A DNA stretch of 30,493 bases, from the IMG/VR virus record IMGVR_UViG_3300032261_000326, positions 1-30,493 of that record, one strand, 5' to 3'. Of the stretch, positions 12,102-22,195 are shown piece after piece; position 1 is the first letter of the stretch; each line of letters starts with the position of its first letter. Source of the DNA: a virus. Lineage: Duplodnaviria; Caudoviricetes. A model generated the notes under the pieces. It ran no database searches and was not told where the DNA came from. It saw nothing but the letters and a program-made list of their open reading frames with translations. The position numbers and the translations under genes were made by a program.

Positions 12102-13480
12102 CCTTGAATCTCTTTCATGACCATCAGACACGGCAACAGACTCGGATTAAAAGTCACAGAGTTAGTATCGAGCGGCGTGAAGCCAGCGCCGACAGTGAAA
12201 TTTGGATTGGAAGTCAGCTGCGGAAAATCAACGGCCCAAACGTGCCCCGAAGTCCACGACGCAGTTGAGGGATAAAAAACTTCCAAACAATCGATTTGCG
12301 CCCAGGCCGTGCCCGAGTTCAGCGACGGCCCCCAATAGATACGCCCAAGCGCATTCCCGTTCGCAACCGTAGTAAGGATCATCGATGCGCGAATTTCGGT
12401 CATGTTGCATGCATGCAGAAGATTGACGTTGTTGAGCACGAGCGGCGAATACATTGCCGCTTGCACGTTTTGCACCACGCTGGTGCTGGCGCAGACGGTC
12501 CAAGTCTGCACAACGTCGCCCGGCTTGCGGGTACCGGGAGTCATCTGCTGAGTCTGAATGATGTTCGTCGTCGTCCACGTGCCCAGCGTGGCAAGGCCAC
12601 CGACGCTCCATTCGATATAGCCGAGGATGCGCTGCGGCTTCGACGAGACGGCTTGGTTCGTATAGATCGTGCCTACGGTATTCGCCGAGGCGCTGATCAG
12701 CGTCGACGAGCGGATGCCGCTGTCATTGAGCCCGCAGATCATCGGCAGCGTCTGAGAAGAGGCGCCCGAGCCTTCGGTGCTCATGCGGCCGACGCCGAGC
12801 CGCACGGTGCCCGCATCGTTGAAGGCGACGACCCATAATCTGAAAGCGCGACCTGCTGCAACAACGCCGAGCGTCGCGCCCGACGGCACGACGACATTGA
12901 GTGGCGCGGTCACGTTGATCGCGGTGATGCCGCCGAGGTTGTCGGGGAATTTGAAAGTGACGGGAGAGCCCGCACTCGGATCGCCGCCGGAGAGATTTTT
13001 GATGGCGATGGTGAGCGCGCCCGCAGCTGCGGTGACGTTGAGCGCCCCATTCGCCATCGCGTCGTTGTTGGCAGGACCAGTCGCGCCGGTTGCGCCAGTA
13101 ACGCCGGTCGAGCCTTGAAGGCCAGTGGGGCCGGTGACGCCAGTTGGGCCGGATGGGCCTATTGGTCCTGAAGCGCCAGACGGGCCTGTCGGCCCGCCTG
13201 CAGGGCCGGTCGCGCCTGTAACACCGAGACCGCTTGCGCCAGTAACTCCGGGAGGCCCGCTCGGGCCAGTCGGACCAGTAGGACCAGTGGGGCCGCCCGG
13301 CGTGCCGGGGCCTCCGACTGGTCCCGTTGCGCCTGTCGCTCCCGGCGTTCCGCTCGCGCCCGTCGCGCCTGTTGCGCCGACAGGCCCATAAGGCGCGGCG
13401 GTGCATCCCGACAGCGGAACGTAGCCGCCGGTTTCCGTCTCGACGGCAGGACGCTTGACCGTGACCGAAAGGATCGTCAT
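12098..13480 (-). CDS. Collagen-like tail fibre protein (460 aa)
   Basis: N-terminal G-X-Y run (GATGATGAS...GPTGPSG) followed by a beta-rich globular region; coupled to both neighbours. Confidence 0.8.
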
Positions 13481-13860
13481 CGCGTGACGCCTTGGAAGAC
13501 GGTCAATGCGACTTCGACAACGACGCGCGTGTTGTCGGCATCAGTGCCGCGAATGTCCCCGACATATGCACCCGGTTGTAACGGCTGCATTTGTTCGATC
13601 GGCACACTGATGATGAGATAGCCGTAGTTCGGCGGATCGCCGATCATGAGCGTGTCGTCGTCAGTCATCGCGTGAACGACAACCTCGTGATCGTCGGGCA
13701 GACGGCGAATTTCCATCTCGAAGCGAATGCCGCGCAAGTCGAGTTGCGGCTGCGTCGGGTCGGTGCTGTCCACTAGGAACAGCAAGCTATCGACCCAATC
13801 CTCATTGTTGCCGGTCTCGACGACGATTGAGACCAGCGGGATCGCCAGCAAGTTGGACAT
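13477..13860 (-). CDS. Fibre adaptor-like protein (BppU N-terminal-like beta-sandwich)
   Basis: [13 protein letters not shown]...G.L.ISVP....L.PGAYVGDI pattern, located between fibre genes; family assignment is inferred. Confidence 0.55.
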   Translation of the reverse strand: MSNLLAIPLVSIVVETGNNEDWVDSLLFLVDSTDPTQPQLDLRGIRFEMEIRRLPDDHEVVVHAMTDDDTLMIGDPPNYGYLIISVPIEQMQPLQPGAYVGDIRGTDADNTRVVVEVALTVFQGVTR

Positions 13861-13863
13861 CGA

Positions 13864-14358
13864 TTATTGCGGAGGGATGTAGACCGGGGGAATCTGTATC
13901 GGCCAGTGCGCATCGTCGGTCGGATCGAGTGGCATACCGCCGATCATCGCGTCAGAGACTTCGCGCACGGCATTGACGAAATTCCAGCCGGCATCGGCGC
14001 TCGCCTTGCGATCGAGCGCATCCTGCGGCCACTGGCTTGTATCGGCGCCGTGGCTGGTGATGCTCTTGGTTTGGTCCTGATTGGCGTTGCGCTGCATGTA
14101 GTCAGGAAAAGAAATCTGCACGCGCCGGTTTGCCTCGGCATTCACGACGACGTTAGGAAACGATCGCCAATTGGCCGCAAGAACGTGACCGCCCGGCAAA
14201 CCAGGCGGTGCAGGAAGCACCGCATTATCGGGCACCGTCATGATAGTGATGCCGTCGCCGTAAGATTGCGTACTGCGAATGTCGGTGCTGTCGGGAAAGA
14301 ACGCCAAGACGTTAGGTTGCTGCTCGCCGAGATCGGCGCGCCGAACGATGACCTGCAT
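13864..14358 (-). CDS. Hypothetical tail-fibre-associated protein
   Basis: 164-aa ORF with RBS after the first fibre gene; EANRRV...FPDYMQRN and C-terminal P.DPTDDAHWP resemble fibre assembly proteins. Confidence 0.6.
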   Translation of the reverse strand: MQVIVRRADLGEQQPNVLAFFPDSTDIRSTQSYGDGITIMTVPDNAVLPAPPGLPGGHVLAANWRSFPNVVVNAEANRRVQISFPDYMQRNANQDQTKSITSHGADTSQWPQDALDRKASADAGWNFVNAVREVSDAMIGGMPLDPTDDAHWPIQIPPVYIPPQ

Positions 14359-14368
14359 GATTTTCCTC

Positions 14369-16033
14369 TTAGCTTAGGAGGACGACGCCGCCGTTGTTTC
14401 CCGGCCCGGAGTTGGCGGGCGGGCTCGACGTGCCCAACGACGAACTTTGATTCGCGTTGATGATGCCGTTGCCGGCAGCGTAAGCATCGAGCGTCGCGTT
14501 ACCGGTGGCGAGCGAGCCAGCGAGCCACAGCACGCCGCCCGAATTGGCATAGAGGCCATATTGGCCGTTCATTTGCGATTGGATTGCCGAGCTTGTGAAA
14601 ACGGCGTTTGATTCGACGGCGAGCCCGTACCATGCGTTGCCGTAGGTGCCGCAGTTAGTCCACGCGCCGCCGCCGCGCGTATGCGCGTAAACGCCGTGCG
14701 TCCAGCACCCGCAAACGAATACGTTGCTGGCGTCGAGCGTGCCCTCGATTGCGCAGATGCCAAAAGAACCGCTGCCCCATACTGCGCAGTTGTTCATAAA
14801 GACGGCACCGCCGTGCGGCGGTGCTACTGCGCAAACGGCACCGTAGCTTGCTCCGGCGTAGACATTCTGGCCGGTGAGCAAAAGTTGCGCGTAGGTGATG
14901 CGGCCAGGCCCGGTATGCTGCAAGGCGAAAAGTTGCGCATTGGTGAATTGGATTTCCGTACCGAAGCGCGTCCGCAGCATGGCGATGTTGGTCGCGCTGT
15001 CAGCAGCTCGAGCAGTCGCGCTGTTGCCGGTCTTGGCAAAGTCGCCAAAGCTGGGCATCGCTGCCAGCATTGTGCCAACTACTTGGATGCGATCAGAATC
15101 GACGTGATAGGTCGTGATCTGCGGAAACTGTCCGACTCCCATTTGAATCGTGAGCGTGACGTTGGGCGGGATGCGCTTGCGGCCGAGCTGATTGAAAATA
15201 TTCGCCATGTTGGGGAATTGCGTCGACGGCACGTTGAGCGTGACATTCTGCGACATAAACACGTTTGGCGAGATGTAGAACCGCGTCCCGTCGTACATGA
15301 ACAGGATGACGTCGCCGGCGATCATATCGCTCGGCAGGAGATCACCGCCGCCCATTGCAAAAATCGATTTTGCTCCCATGCCTTGCACGTTGATGGTGCT
15401 CGGGCCGGTGTTGGTGTTGGAGACCTTCACCATCAGGATCGTGCCGGGCGAGAGCGAGGTGACCGCCGGGCTGAAATTCGCGGTCACGAGGTTTGGCGTG
15501 ACGCTTGAATCCACGCAGTAAGGGATGTTGACGAGAAACGTCGAGCCGGTGCCGCCGCCCGCGCCACCGAAATTGACCATCTGAAACGCCGTGCCGTCAT
15601 AGGCGAGATCGATCAAACCGCCCGCGCTAATGTCGCCGGCGGAGAGCTGTGCGCCATTCGGCTTTTTGATCTGTACGCGACCAGCACCGGCGTCGATCGT
15701 GCAAACGTTGGTGTTGGTGTTGGCGACCTTAACGCGCAGCAGCAGGCCGAGCGTATAGCTCGTGAGCGGCGGATCGTAAGCAACCGAGAGCGTGTTAACC
15801 GAGCCAGTGTCTTGCGCGTAGTTCATCCGCTGTGAGCGGATGCCCTTCGCCGTCTGCATCAGGTCGCCATCATCGGGCGTGAACTGACTCTTGCTGATGA
15901 CAGCGACGATCTCGCGCATCGGGTATTCGAACGCCGACGCCGGCGGGATCGAGCCCTGACGCGCCTGGCTCGGATCGCCGTTGATGTAGTGAGCATCGGG
16001 GTCCGTGATGCCGTAGGGTTGCTGGTATTTCAT
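14369..16033 (-). CDS. Baseplate-proximal tail fibre/spike with two tandem ~80-aa repeats and a C-terminal parallel beta-helix-like region
   Basis: Directly follows gp48; N-terminal GSIPPASAFEYPMREIV anchor; two Y..D....N.......P........V.NTNT...TI...L..GD..AG......YDGT.F repeats; periodic G..G...N..YG C-terminus. GGAG RBS precedes ATG 16033. Confidence 0.78.
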   Translation of the reverse strand: MKYQQPYGITDPDAHYINGDPSQARQGSIPPASAFEYPMREIVAVISKSQFTPDDGDLMQTAKGIRSQRMNYAQDTGSVNTLSVAYDPPLTSYTLGLLLRVKVANTNTNVCTIDAGAGRVQIKKPNGAQLSAGDISAGGLIDLAYDGTAFQMVNFGGAGGGTGSTFLVNIPYCVDSSVTPNLVTANFSPAVTSLSPGTILMVKVSNTNTGPSTINVQGMGAKSIFAMGGGDLLPSDMIAGDVILFMYDGTRFYISPNVFMSQNVTLNVPSTQFPNMANIFNQLGRKRIPPNVTLTIQMGVGQFPQITTYHVDSDRIQVVGTMLAAMPSFGDFAKTGNSATARAADSATNIAMLRTRFGTEIQFTNAQLFALQHTGPGRITYAQLLLTGQNVYAGASYGAVCAVAPPHGGAVFMNNCAVWGSGSFGICAIEGTLDASNVFVCGCWTHGVYAHTRGGGAWTNCGTYGNAWYGLAVESNAVFTSSAIQSQMNGQYGLYANSGGVLWLAGSLATGNATLDAYAAGNGIINANQSSSLGTSSPPANSGPGNNGGVVLLS

Positions 16034-16043
16034 AGCCGACTCC

Positions 16044-16748
16044 TTAAGGCGTCCCTTGCATCGGCCCGCCGAACGCAAGCAAAGAGAAATCCATCGTCAG
16101 ATAGGTTTGTGCCGGCTTCCATCGATCGAGCAGACATTGCAGCTCTTGCGGCACAGAGAATTCGAGATGGTGATCGACGCCAGCTTGCCCGCTGCCGGCG
16201 CGAAACCAGGTCAGCCCGACTTGCCCGACTTCGATCGAGCAATAGAACCGGAGCTCAGGCGGCCCGATGTACCAGCGAAACTGCCCGGTATTGTCGAACA
16301 TGTTGCGCGTGTCGCCGCACTGACTGACACCCGCCATGAACGGCGCGAATTCCTTGATCTGGATGGTGTAGCCGAGCCACTCCATCACGCCTTCGAAATA
16401 CGCGCGCGACTGCCCGCCGAGATAAGTCATGATCAGCACCAGCATGCGCTGGCGCTCGGCGATCGTTGTTGCGCTCGGTAAGCATGGATCGGGAAGTCCC
16501 CACGCCCGTTCCCAGTCGGGAAGGAGCTCTATCGTCTGGCGCGGATCGCTCTCGCGCGCGAGCAGATCGGCCGCACGGCCATCGACGAAGCCCCAATAAT
16601 TCGCGAGACCGTTGACGGTCTGCACGAGAATGCTGTCCGACCAGCGAGGCCATGCCAGGCCTCGAGGCAGAAGCGCCAGCAATGCTTGCGCATAGTCAGC
16701 ACCCGAGCGTCGAATGTGACGATCAGGGATTAGGGGTGGCAGCGGCAT
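16044..16748 (-). CDS. Baseplate wedge protein, Mu gp48/YmfQ (DUF2313) family
   Basis: YAQALLALLPRGLAWP, ESDPRQTIELLPDWERAWGLPD, LQCLLDRWKPAQT. Confidence 0.92.
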   Translation of the reverse strand: MPLPPLIPDRHIRRSGADYAQALLALLPRGLAWPRWSDSILVQTVNGLANYWGFVDGRAADLLARESDPRQTIELLPDWERAWGLPDPCLPSATTIAERQRMLVLIMTYLGGQSRAYFEGVMEWLGYTIQIKEFAPFMAGVSQCGDTRNMFDNTGQFRWYIGPPELRFYCSIEVGQVGLTWFRAGSGQAGVDHHLEFSVPQELQCLLDRWKPAQTYLTMDFSLLAFGGPMQGTP

Positions 16749-17820
16749 AGTAGATGTCGCGGAGAACGGCCATGTGGCCGCCGCTTGGCATCACATCATC
16801 GATGTTGTTAGTGAGATCGAAGGAATTGACGCCGGGCGTGGACATGGTCGCGTAGGATTTCCACACCGCGTAGATCGTCTGGCCGGGCTTGGCCTTTTCG
16901 TAGAGCATGTCCTGCAGCGCGACGTCGATCGCGGCGCGGACATCCGGCGTATCGGGATTGAGGTTGGCGATATAGACGTCGATGAACTGCTTGATCGGCG
17001 CGAGCGCCCAGAAGTCCTTGACCGCGACCGGGCGCACGGAGTCGAGATACTGCGTCACCGGCACCAGATCGCTCTCGTAGGGAAAGCCGTCGTTGTCCGC
17101 GCGGAGATCGTCCATCATCACGCGCACAGTCACGGTGCCGATACCCATCTCGAGCGGCGAGCACCAGGCGCGCGTGACGCCGGGAACGGCGAGCGCCCAA
17201 TGCTCGTAGTCGTAGGCAGCACCGCCCTGTGGTGGCTGGCGAATGCGCTTAAGCACGCGCATGCGCAGCTCGTCGTCAGTCTCGACGTCGGTGCCGCCGG
17301 TCATCGTCACGATGATCGCGCCGCTGTCGATGCCCTGCGGCGGGTTGTTGACGTTCAAGCCGGTGCCAGGCTCGAGATTGCCAGCCGCGCCAGCGTTGAT
17401 CGCACGCAAGTCGCCGACGCCGTTGCCGCTCTCGTCGATGATGATGTTGGACAGCGTCTCATAGGTTTGGTTGTCGCCGCCCGTAAGTTGCGAGAACATC
17501 GGCAAGGTCGAGAGCGATGTCCCGGTGAACGTCCCGCTGCCATGCGCGAGCGTTGCAGCCTTCCGCCCCGTGGTGCCATCGGCGTTGACCAGCCAGATTT
17601 GACCGTGGCGATCGAGCCATTCGGTCTCAGCCGTGTCCGGTAGAAGTTGCAGCGCGAGCCAATCGATGTAGCGCAACGTATGGTGCGCCAGCCCGGCCAT
17701 CGCGTCGGCCATGACGCGGAGCACGTTGTTGCCGATGAACGCTGCACCATAGAGCGCCGCGGTGATGTCATCGCGCACCAGCTCGCGAACCTGGCGCAAC
17801 GTCGGAGTTTGCCAAGGCAT
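16723..17820 (-). CDS. Baseplate J / Mu gp47 family protein
   Basis: MPWQTPTL, QLLPDTAETEWLDRHG, GGTDVETDDELRMRVL.RIRQPPQGGA.YDYE.WALAVPGVTRAW. Confidence 0.95.
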   Translation of the reverse strand: MPWQTPTLRQVRELVRDDITAALYGAAFIGNNVLRVMADAMAGLAHHTLRYIDWLALQLLPDTAETEWLDRHGQIWLVNADGTTGRKAATLAHGSGTFTGTSLSTLPMFSQLTGGDNQTYETLSNIIIDESGNGVGDLRAINAGAAGNLEPGTGLNVNNPPQGIDSGAIIVTMTGGTDVETDDELRMRVLKRIRQPPQGGAAYDYEHWALAVPGVTRAWCSPLEMGIGTVTVRVMMDDLRADNDGFPYESDLVPVTQYLDSVRPVAVKDFWALAPIKQFIDVYIANLNPDTPDVRAAIDVALQDMLYEKAKPGQTIYAVWKSYATMSTPGVNSFDLTNNIDDVMPSGGHMAVLRDIYYAAATPNP

Positions 17821-18321
17821 TTATATTCCGGTGACGTCAGCCCAGAGATATTGAAAGCGCAGCTCGATCGCCGTCTTCGGGCCGCGATAGATCGTGACGT
17901 GAACGTCGATCTCCTGCTTACCGACACGGCTGGCTTGAACATCGATCTGCGACGCGATGCGGTTATCGATGATTGGCTGCAGTGCTTCCCGCGTGTAGGT
18001 CTGCGCGCGAATGACGGTCCCGCCCTCCCAGGAGAATTGATCGGAAATCTTTGCGCGTAGCAGCAGCCAGTTCTTGCAGCCGATCGGCCAGCCGCCCCAA
18101 ATTTCGTCGGCCTCGAGATCGCCCCACCAGCCGCGGCGATCGGTGCTGTCGGGATCGGGAAGCACCTCGTTGGCATCGGCGAGGCGATCGGTGCCAAGCG
18201 CTAAGCGCACCGCGGTCGCGACCTCTTCGTCTTCGCTCAACGCCCCATTCGGCAAAAGCAGCCAGTCCATGAACGTCCCGGCGAGCGAGACGCTGTCGCG
18301 AAGATGGGTGTCGGTCGGCAT
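17821..18321 (-). CDS. Mu gp46 family baseplate protein
   Basis: TAVRLALGTDRLA...LPDPDSTDRRGWWGD...IGCKNWLLLRAKI; TAATG overlap with the upstream gene. Confidence 0.93.
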   Translation of the reverse strand: MPTDTHLRDSVSLAGTFMDWLLLPNGALSEDEEVATAVRLALGTDRLADANEVLPDPDSTDRRGWWGDLEADEIWGGWPIGCKNWLLLRAKISDQFSWEGGTVIRAQTYTREALQPIIDNRIASQIDVQASRVGKQEIDVHVTIYRGPKTAIELRFQYLWADVTGI

Positions 18322-19403
18322 TAGGTCGCCCACCCCGCCGTCGCGTCATAGGCGATCACGGCATTGATGTCGGTGAGAGCGTTGACTTCGTTGGTCTTGT
18401 TGACGCGCGCGGTGAGCAAGTTCAGCCGCCTCGTCGTGATGCCGCTCATGAGCCCGGCCATCTCGGTTGCGGCGAGATTGACAGGCGAGGCGTTGCCGAT
18501 CGGCGTCCACTTAATCGGCGGCAGCGATGGATCAGGCGTCGTGGTCGCATGGCCGACGCTGACGAAAGTCGGGTAATAGACTTGCGTCAGCGAATAGGGA
18601 AACGTGTGCGGGTTGGTCTCGCCCGCCCAGGTGACGTTAGCCGGCGGGATCTGGCCGCCAAGACCGGGCATGCAAGTATTCGCCGGCGTGCCGCCGCTGC
18701 CGGTGCTCTGCAGTTTGTTGTTGAGCGTGTTGTGCGCGGGATTGCCATCGATGAGGCCGAGCACGGTGGTGTCATAGTGACTGCCGAGTCCGATGATCGC
18801 GCCGCCGAGATCGCCGAAAATGATGTTGATCGAACCAAATCCCGCATTGCCCTCGCTGAAATTGGCGTTGGCCGGGATCACGATCCACTGATTGACTTGG
18901 TTCTCGAATGCGTTACCCGGCGCGACGATCTTGGAATTGATCTCGTCCACGAGCGCGTTGATCTTGCCGACGACGGTTCCGTCGCTCGTGCCCGTCAGTG
19001 CAGACAAGAGGCTCGGGATGGTGGCGATCGACATGCCGGCGGCAGCGCTGTCGGTTGCCTCCCACATGAAATCGCCAGCGGCGACGACGTAGTGGAACGG
19101 GGCCGCCCGCTTGACCTCATAGATGTCGTTGATCAGCTCGACCTTGATCGCCTTCGCTTCGGCAAGGGTTGGCGGCACGGGCGACGCCAGCCGCGCTGTT
19201 GTCCAACCGTTGAGGAACGCTTGATAAGGCGAAGGATCGGCGAGCGGCTCGTTGAGGTTCGAATTGTATCGCCGCAAGTAGCCCTCTTCGCCGGTCCATT
19301 TCACGCTCGCGACGTCGCTTGGCAGCGCCGAGCAATCCATGTCCTCGCCGACATCATCGACGAAACCATAATTGCGATCGCGGTTGAAATTGAAGCGCAG
19401 CAT
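18321..19403 (-). CDS. Hypothetical virion-associated protein (360 aa), DUF4376-like termini with central insertion
   Basis: TGATG and TAATG overlaps at both ends; LAEAKAIKVELIND and C-terminal W......V.L...EM..L......R......R......VNALTDINAVIAYD...GW resemble fibre-associated DUF4376 proteins. Confidence 0.6.
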   Translation of the reverse strand: MLRFNFNRDRNYGFVDDVGEDMDCSALPSDVASVKWTGEEGYLRRYNSNLNEPLADPSPYQAFLNGWTTARLASPVPPTLAEAKAIKVELINDIYEVKRAAPFHYVVAAGDFMWEATDSAAAGMSIATIPSLLSALTGTSDGTVVGKINALVDEINSKIVAPGNAFENQVNQWIVIPANANFSEGNAGFGSINIIFGDLGGAIIGLGSHYDTTVLGLIDGNPAHNTLNNKLQSTGSGGTPANTCMPGLGGQIPPANVTWAGETNPHTFPYSLTQVYYPTFVSVGHATTTPDPSLPPIKWTPIGNASPVNLAATEMAGLMSGITTRRLNLLTARVNKTNEVNALTDINAVIAYDATAGWAT

Positions 19404-20434
19404 CACAACGCCTTTTTGAGCAACCAAAACAGCACGGGATGATTTTTCTCGAGCGCCGTTAGTCGTGCCTCGAGCGCGTCGAGGCGTGCGACGACCGCGT
19501 CGAGCTCGCTGGTCTTTGCCCAGAACACTCTTTTTGGAGGCGTCGCGCCTTCCTCGAGGCCGCCGGCGCTGGCGTAACTGCCACCACCACCCCCGCCACC
19601 CATGTTCGGCAACGGGCCAGCGCCGAGTCTCGCATGCACATTGTCGGAAATGCCATCTTCGGTCAGCACCTTGGCGAATTTTGCCTTGCCCTGCTCGTAG
19701 CCGAGCCAAACTTTTTGATCCTCGCTGACATGCACGTAACCCATGTCGTCCTTTGCCAGCATGAGCAGCGCATTCGTGCCCTGAACGCGCGAGCGATCAT
19801 CGGTGACATCGACGAATTTCTTCGCCTTGGAATTTTCCTGGTGTAAGGGTTGCTGCCCCTTTTTGTTTTGCTGCCCCTGTTGGCCTTGTTGCTGCCGTTG
19901 TTGCGGCGGCGTGACCAGCGCCATACGCGCGGTTCGCCCTTCCGGCGCGCTCATCAGTAGGCCGCTCTCGTGTAGATGGACTTGGGTATAGTCGTCTTTC
20001 TTGCGATGCAGAAAGACGTCGCCCTCGGCGGCCTTGACGTTCTTGCTGTTGACGCGATGGCGGCGATCGCCAACGACCGTGACGACGCCATGCGAGCGCG
20101 AGCCGTTCAGATAGTTGACGATGACCTCGGCGGCGTCGCCTTCGGGTTGCTGGCCTTGCTCGCCAGGGCCGCCGCCTTCACCGCCCTGACCGTTGCCGCC
20201 ATTCGACCCTTGCTGACGTTGCTGTGATTGCTGCTGTTGCGACTGATCCTGCTTGCACGGGTAGCAACTGAAACCGTAGTTGAACGCCATCTCGACGCCG
20301 GTGTGCGTCTCCGACTTCATCATGTCGATATCGACTTCCGGCCAGTAATGGTCGTCGGCCGATTGGCGCAACGTGCCGCGTGAGCTGTGCGTCTGCACCC
20401 GCCGAGATGCGTCGCTGAGCGTGGTTCGCATCAT
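19403..20434 (-). CDS. Baseplate spike, Mu gp45 family, with Gln/Gly-rich insertions and C-terminal coiled coil
   Basis: ETHTGVE...NYGFSCYP, AEVIVNYLNGSRSHGVVTVVGDRRHR...GDVFLH; position after gp44. Confidence 0.85.
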   Translation of the reverse strand: MMRTTLSDASRRVQTHSSRGTLRQSADDHYWPEVDIDMMKSETHTGVEMAFNYGFSCYPCKQDQSQQQQSQQRQQGSNGGNGQGGEGGGPGEQGQQPEGDAAEVIVNYLNGSRSHGVVTVVGDRRHRVNSKNVKAAEGDVFLHRKKDDYTQVHLHESGLLMSAPEGRTARMALVTPPQQRQQQGQQGQQNKKGQQPLHQENSKAKKFVDVTDDRSRVQGTNALLMLAKDDMGYVHVSEDQKVWLGYEQGKAKFAKVLTEDGISDNVHARLGAGPLPNMGGGGGGGSYASAGGLEEGATPPKRVFWAKTSELDAVVARLDALEARLTALEKNHPVLFWLLKKAL

Positions 20435-20437
20435 GGC

Positions 20438-21520
20438 TTATTGTCCGCCTTGCGAGCTGTAATCGGGGCCGGTCGATCGGCTCTCTTTGCTGAGCTCGAG
20501 CGTTGAGCGCGACCCGCCGCGATCGTCTTGCGAGAACGTCACCGCATTGAGGATGAGCTCGCGATCCATGATGAGCATTGGCGATTTCACGTAGGCGCTT
20601 TGACCGGGACGCCACAGACCGCCGCTCGGTCTAAGCCACCCCTGCACGACGATCTGCACGTTAATCTGCTCATAGCCGCGCCAAGCGCTTTCGAATTCCG
20701 CCCGCGATTGTGCGTCTTGCTTGTCGCCGGGATGCTCCACAAGCGTGTTAGCCGGGGAATGCACGCCCTGCGATCCGATCTGCCCCTGAACGTCGCTCGA
20801 CTGTTGGCCGGCGGGCCGCGCCGCGGTCGTGCCGTCGCTGCGCTCGTCGCTGCCGGTGTTTTGGCCCGACGAGTAATCGATCCCGGTGCCCTGAGCGATC
20901 GATATGACCTCGCGCCCCTCGAGGATGTTGACGCCCTCGATCAGCATGTCGCCGCCGCCGATCGGCGAGCCAAGCGCGCGACCGCGCAGATTGCCGTCGT
21001 CGTCGCTGCCGAGAACGACCTTGCGCATCCGTGCCAGCATGTCGAGCGTGTTCCAAACGCTCTCGCCAGGCGCGATGTTGAGGCGCTCGAATTTTTTCTG
21101 CGAAAGCGGTCCATAGGCCTTGAAGTTGAGCCCGTAGGGATTGACCAGGTCTTGCGCGATCTCGGTGAAGCTCTTGTTCTTGAATTCGCTGGTCTTGGTC
21201 ATCGCCGAGCCGTAGGCCAGCGCCTCGGAATACGAATTGCCGACGATCTCGACGCCGTGCTGATTGCCGGTATAGGCGACCTGGCGCGTGGTCACGAAGC
21301 CAGCGATCGCGCGCTCGCCCGCAAGCGTCACGGTGCAGTGATCGCCGGGCTTGATACGAAGCGCCGCAAAGCTCTTTGAGAATGGCGCGCCCTCGGTCGT
21401 CTGCAGGCGATACGAGTGCGAGGGGCCGCCCTCGATCAGATGAACCTGCACCGATTCCCAATCGAGAAACCGCATCCCATTGACGGTGATCTCGGCAATT
21501 TCCGACGCCTTGAACGCCAC
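20438..21520 (-). CDS. Baseplate hub, Mu gp44 (P) family
   Basis: ITVNGMRFLDWESVQV, IKPGDHCTVTLAGE, IAPGESVWNTLDMLAR, LIEGVNILEG, VQGWLRPSGGLWRPG. Confidence 0.92.
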   Translation of the reverse strand: MAFKASEIAEITVNGMRFLDWESVQVHLIEGGPSHSYRLQTTEGAPFSKSFAALRIKPGDHCTVTLAGERAIAGFVTTRQVAYTGNQHGVEIVGNSYSEALAYGSAMTKTSEFKNKSFTEIAQDLVNPYGLNFKAYGPLSQKKFERLNIAPGESVWNTLDMLARMRKVVLGSDDDGNLRGRALGSPIGGGDMLIEGVNILEGREVISIAQGTGIDYSSGQNTGSDERSDGTTAARPAGQQSSDVQGQIGSQGVHSPANTLVEHPGDKQDAQSRAEFESAWRGYEQINVQIVVQGWLRPSGGLWRPGQSAYVKSPMLIMDRELILNAVTFSQDDRGGSRSTLELSKESRSTGPDYSSQGGQ

Positions 21521-21523
21521 GGC

Positions 21524-22195
21524 TCACGCGCTCAACGCCCTGATGCTGATGGGACAAAAAGCCGGATGAACGATCTTGTTCTCGGCGGCGATTTCCTCGT
21601 CGCGCGATCCATCCTGGTAGATCAAATTGCTGATCGCGAGCGCTGGCATGATCGCCGTCATCTGAAAGGCGACCATCCGCGGCAATGGTCTGCCGACGTC
21701 GGTCAGGTAGCGCGTGATGCCAGCCATCAATGTGATGAGCGCCTGATAGGTCGGGCCGTCCATCGTGTCGGCGACGAGATCACGCGCGATGTCGAACCAT
21801 CCCTTCATGTGCTTCATGGCTGCATCAACGTCATCTCGGCTGGTGTACGTGGTCGCGCCGATGATCTTGCCGTCCTGGGCGAGCGCAAACGTGATGCTGT
21901 TCTCGACGACGATCGAAGCTTCGAGCGAGATCGGCTGTTCGGTAGTGAGCTGCTCGAGCACGGCATCGAGTTGAAGGATGGTGATTCCCGCGGCGGTCGC
22001 CAGGCGAAAACATTGCAAGAGTCGGTTGGCGAATGTCCCGTCCGCCAAATAGACGGCGATATTCGCGTTGAGATCACCGACCGCAAACCGCAGATCGGCC
22101 CCCTGTTGACCGGCGATGCCGATGTCAGCAATGAGCAGGTTCGTCGTGCGCCCGACGATCGCCGAGATTTCCTCGATGGTGTCGCGCGTCGTCAT
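21524..22195 (-). CDS. C-terminal-half homologue of Mu gp43 (DNA circularisation / tube initiator) with LysM-like end
   Basis: TTYTSRDD, LPRMV......PALAISNLIYQDGSRDEEIAAENKIVHPAFCP; ATGA overlap with the upstream gene. Confidence 0.8.
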   Translation of the reverse strand: MTTRDTIEEISAIVGRTTNLLIADIGIAGQQGADLRFAVGDLNANIAVYLADGTFANRLLQCFRLATAAGITILQLDAVLEQLTTEQPISLEASIVVENSITFALAQDGKIIGATTYTSRDDVDAAMKHMKGWFDIARDLVADTMDGPTYQALITLMAGITRYLTDVGRPLPRMVAFQMTAIMPALAISNLIYQDGSRDEEIAAENKIVHPAFCPISIRALSA

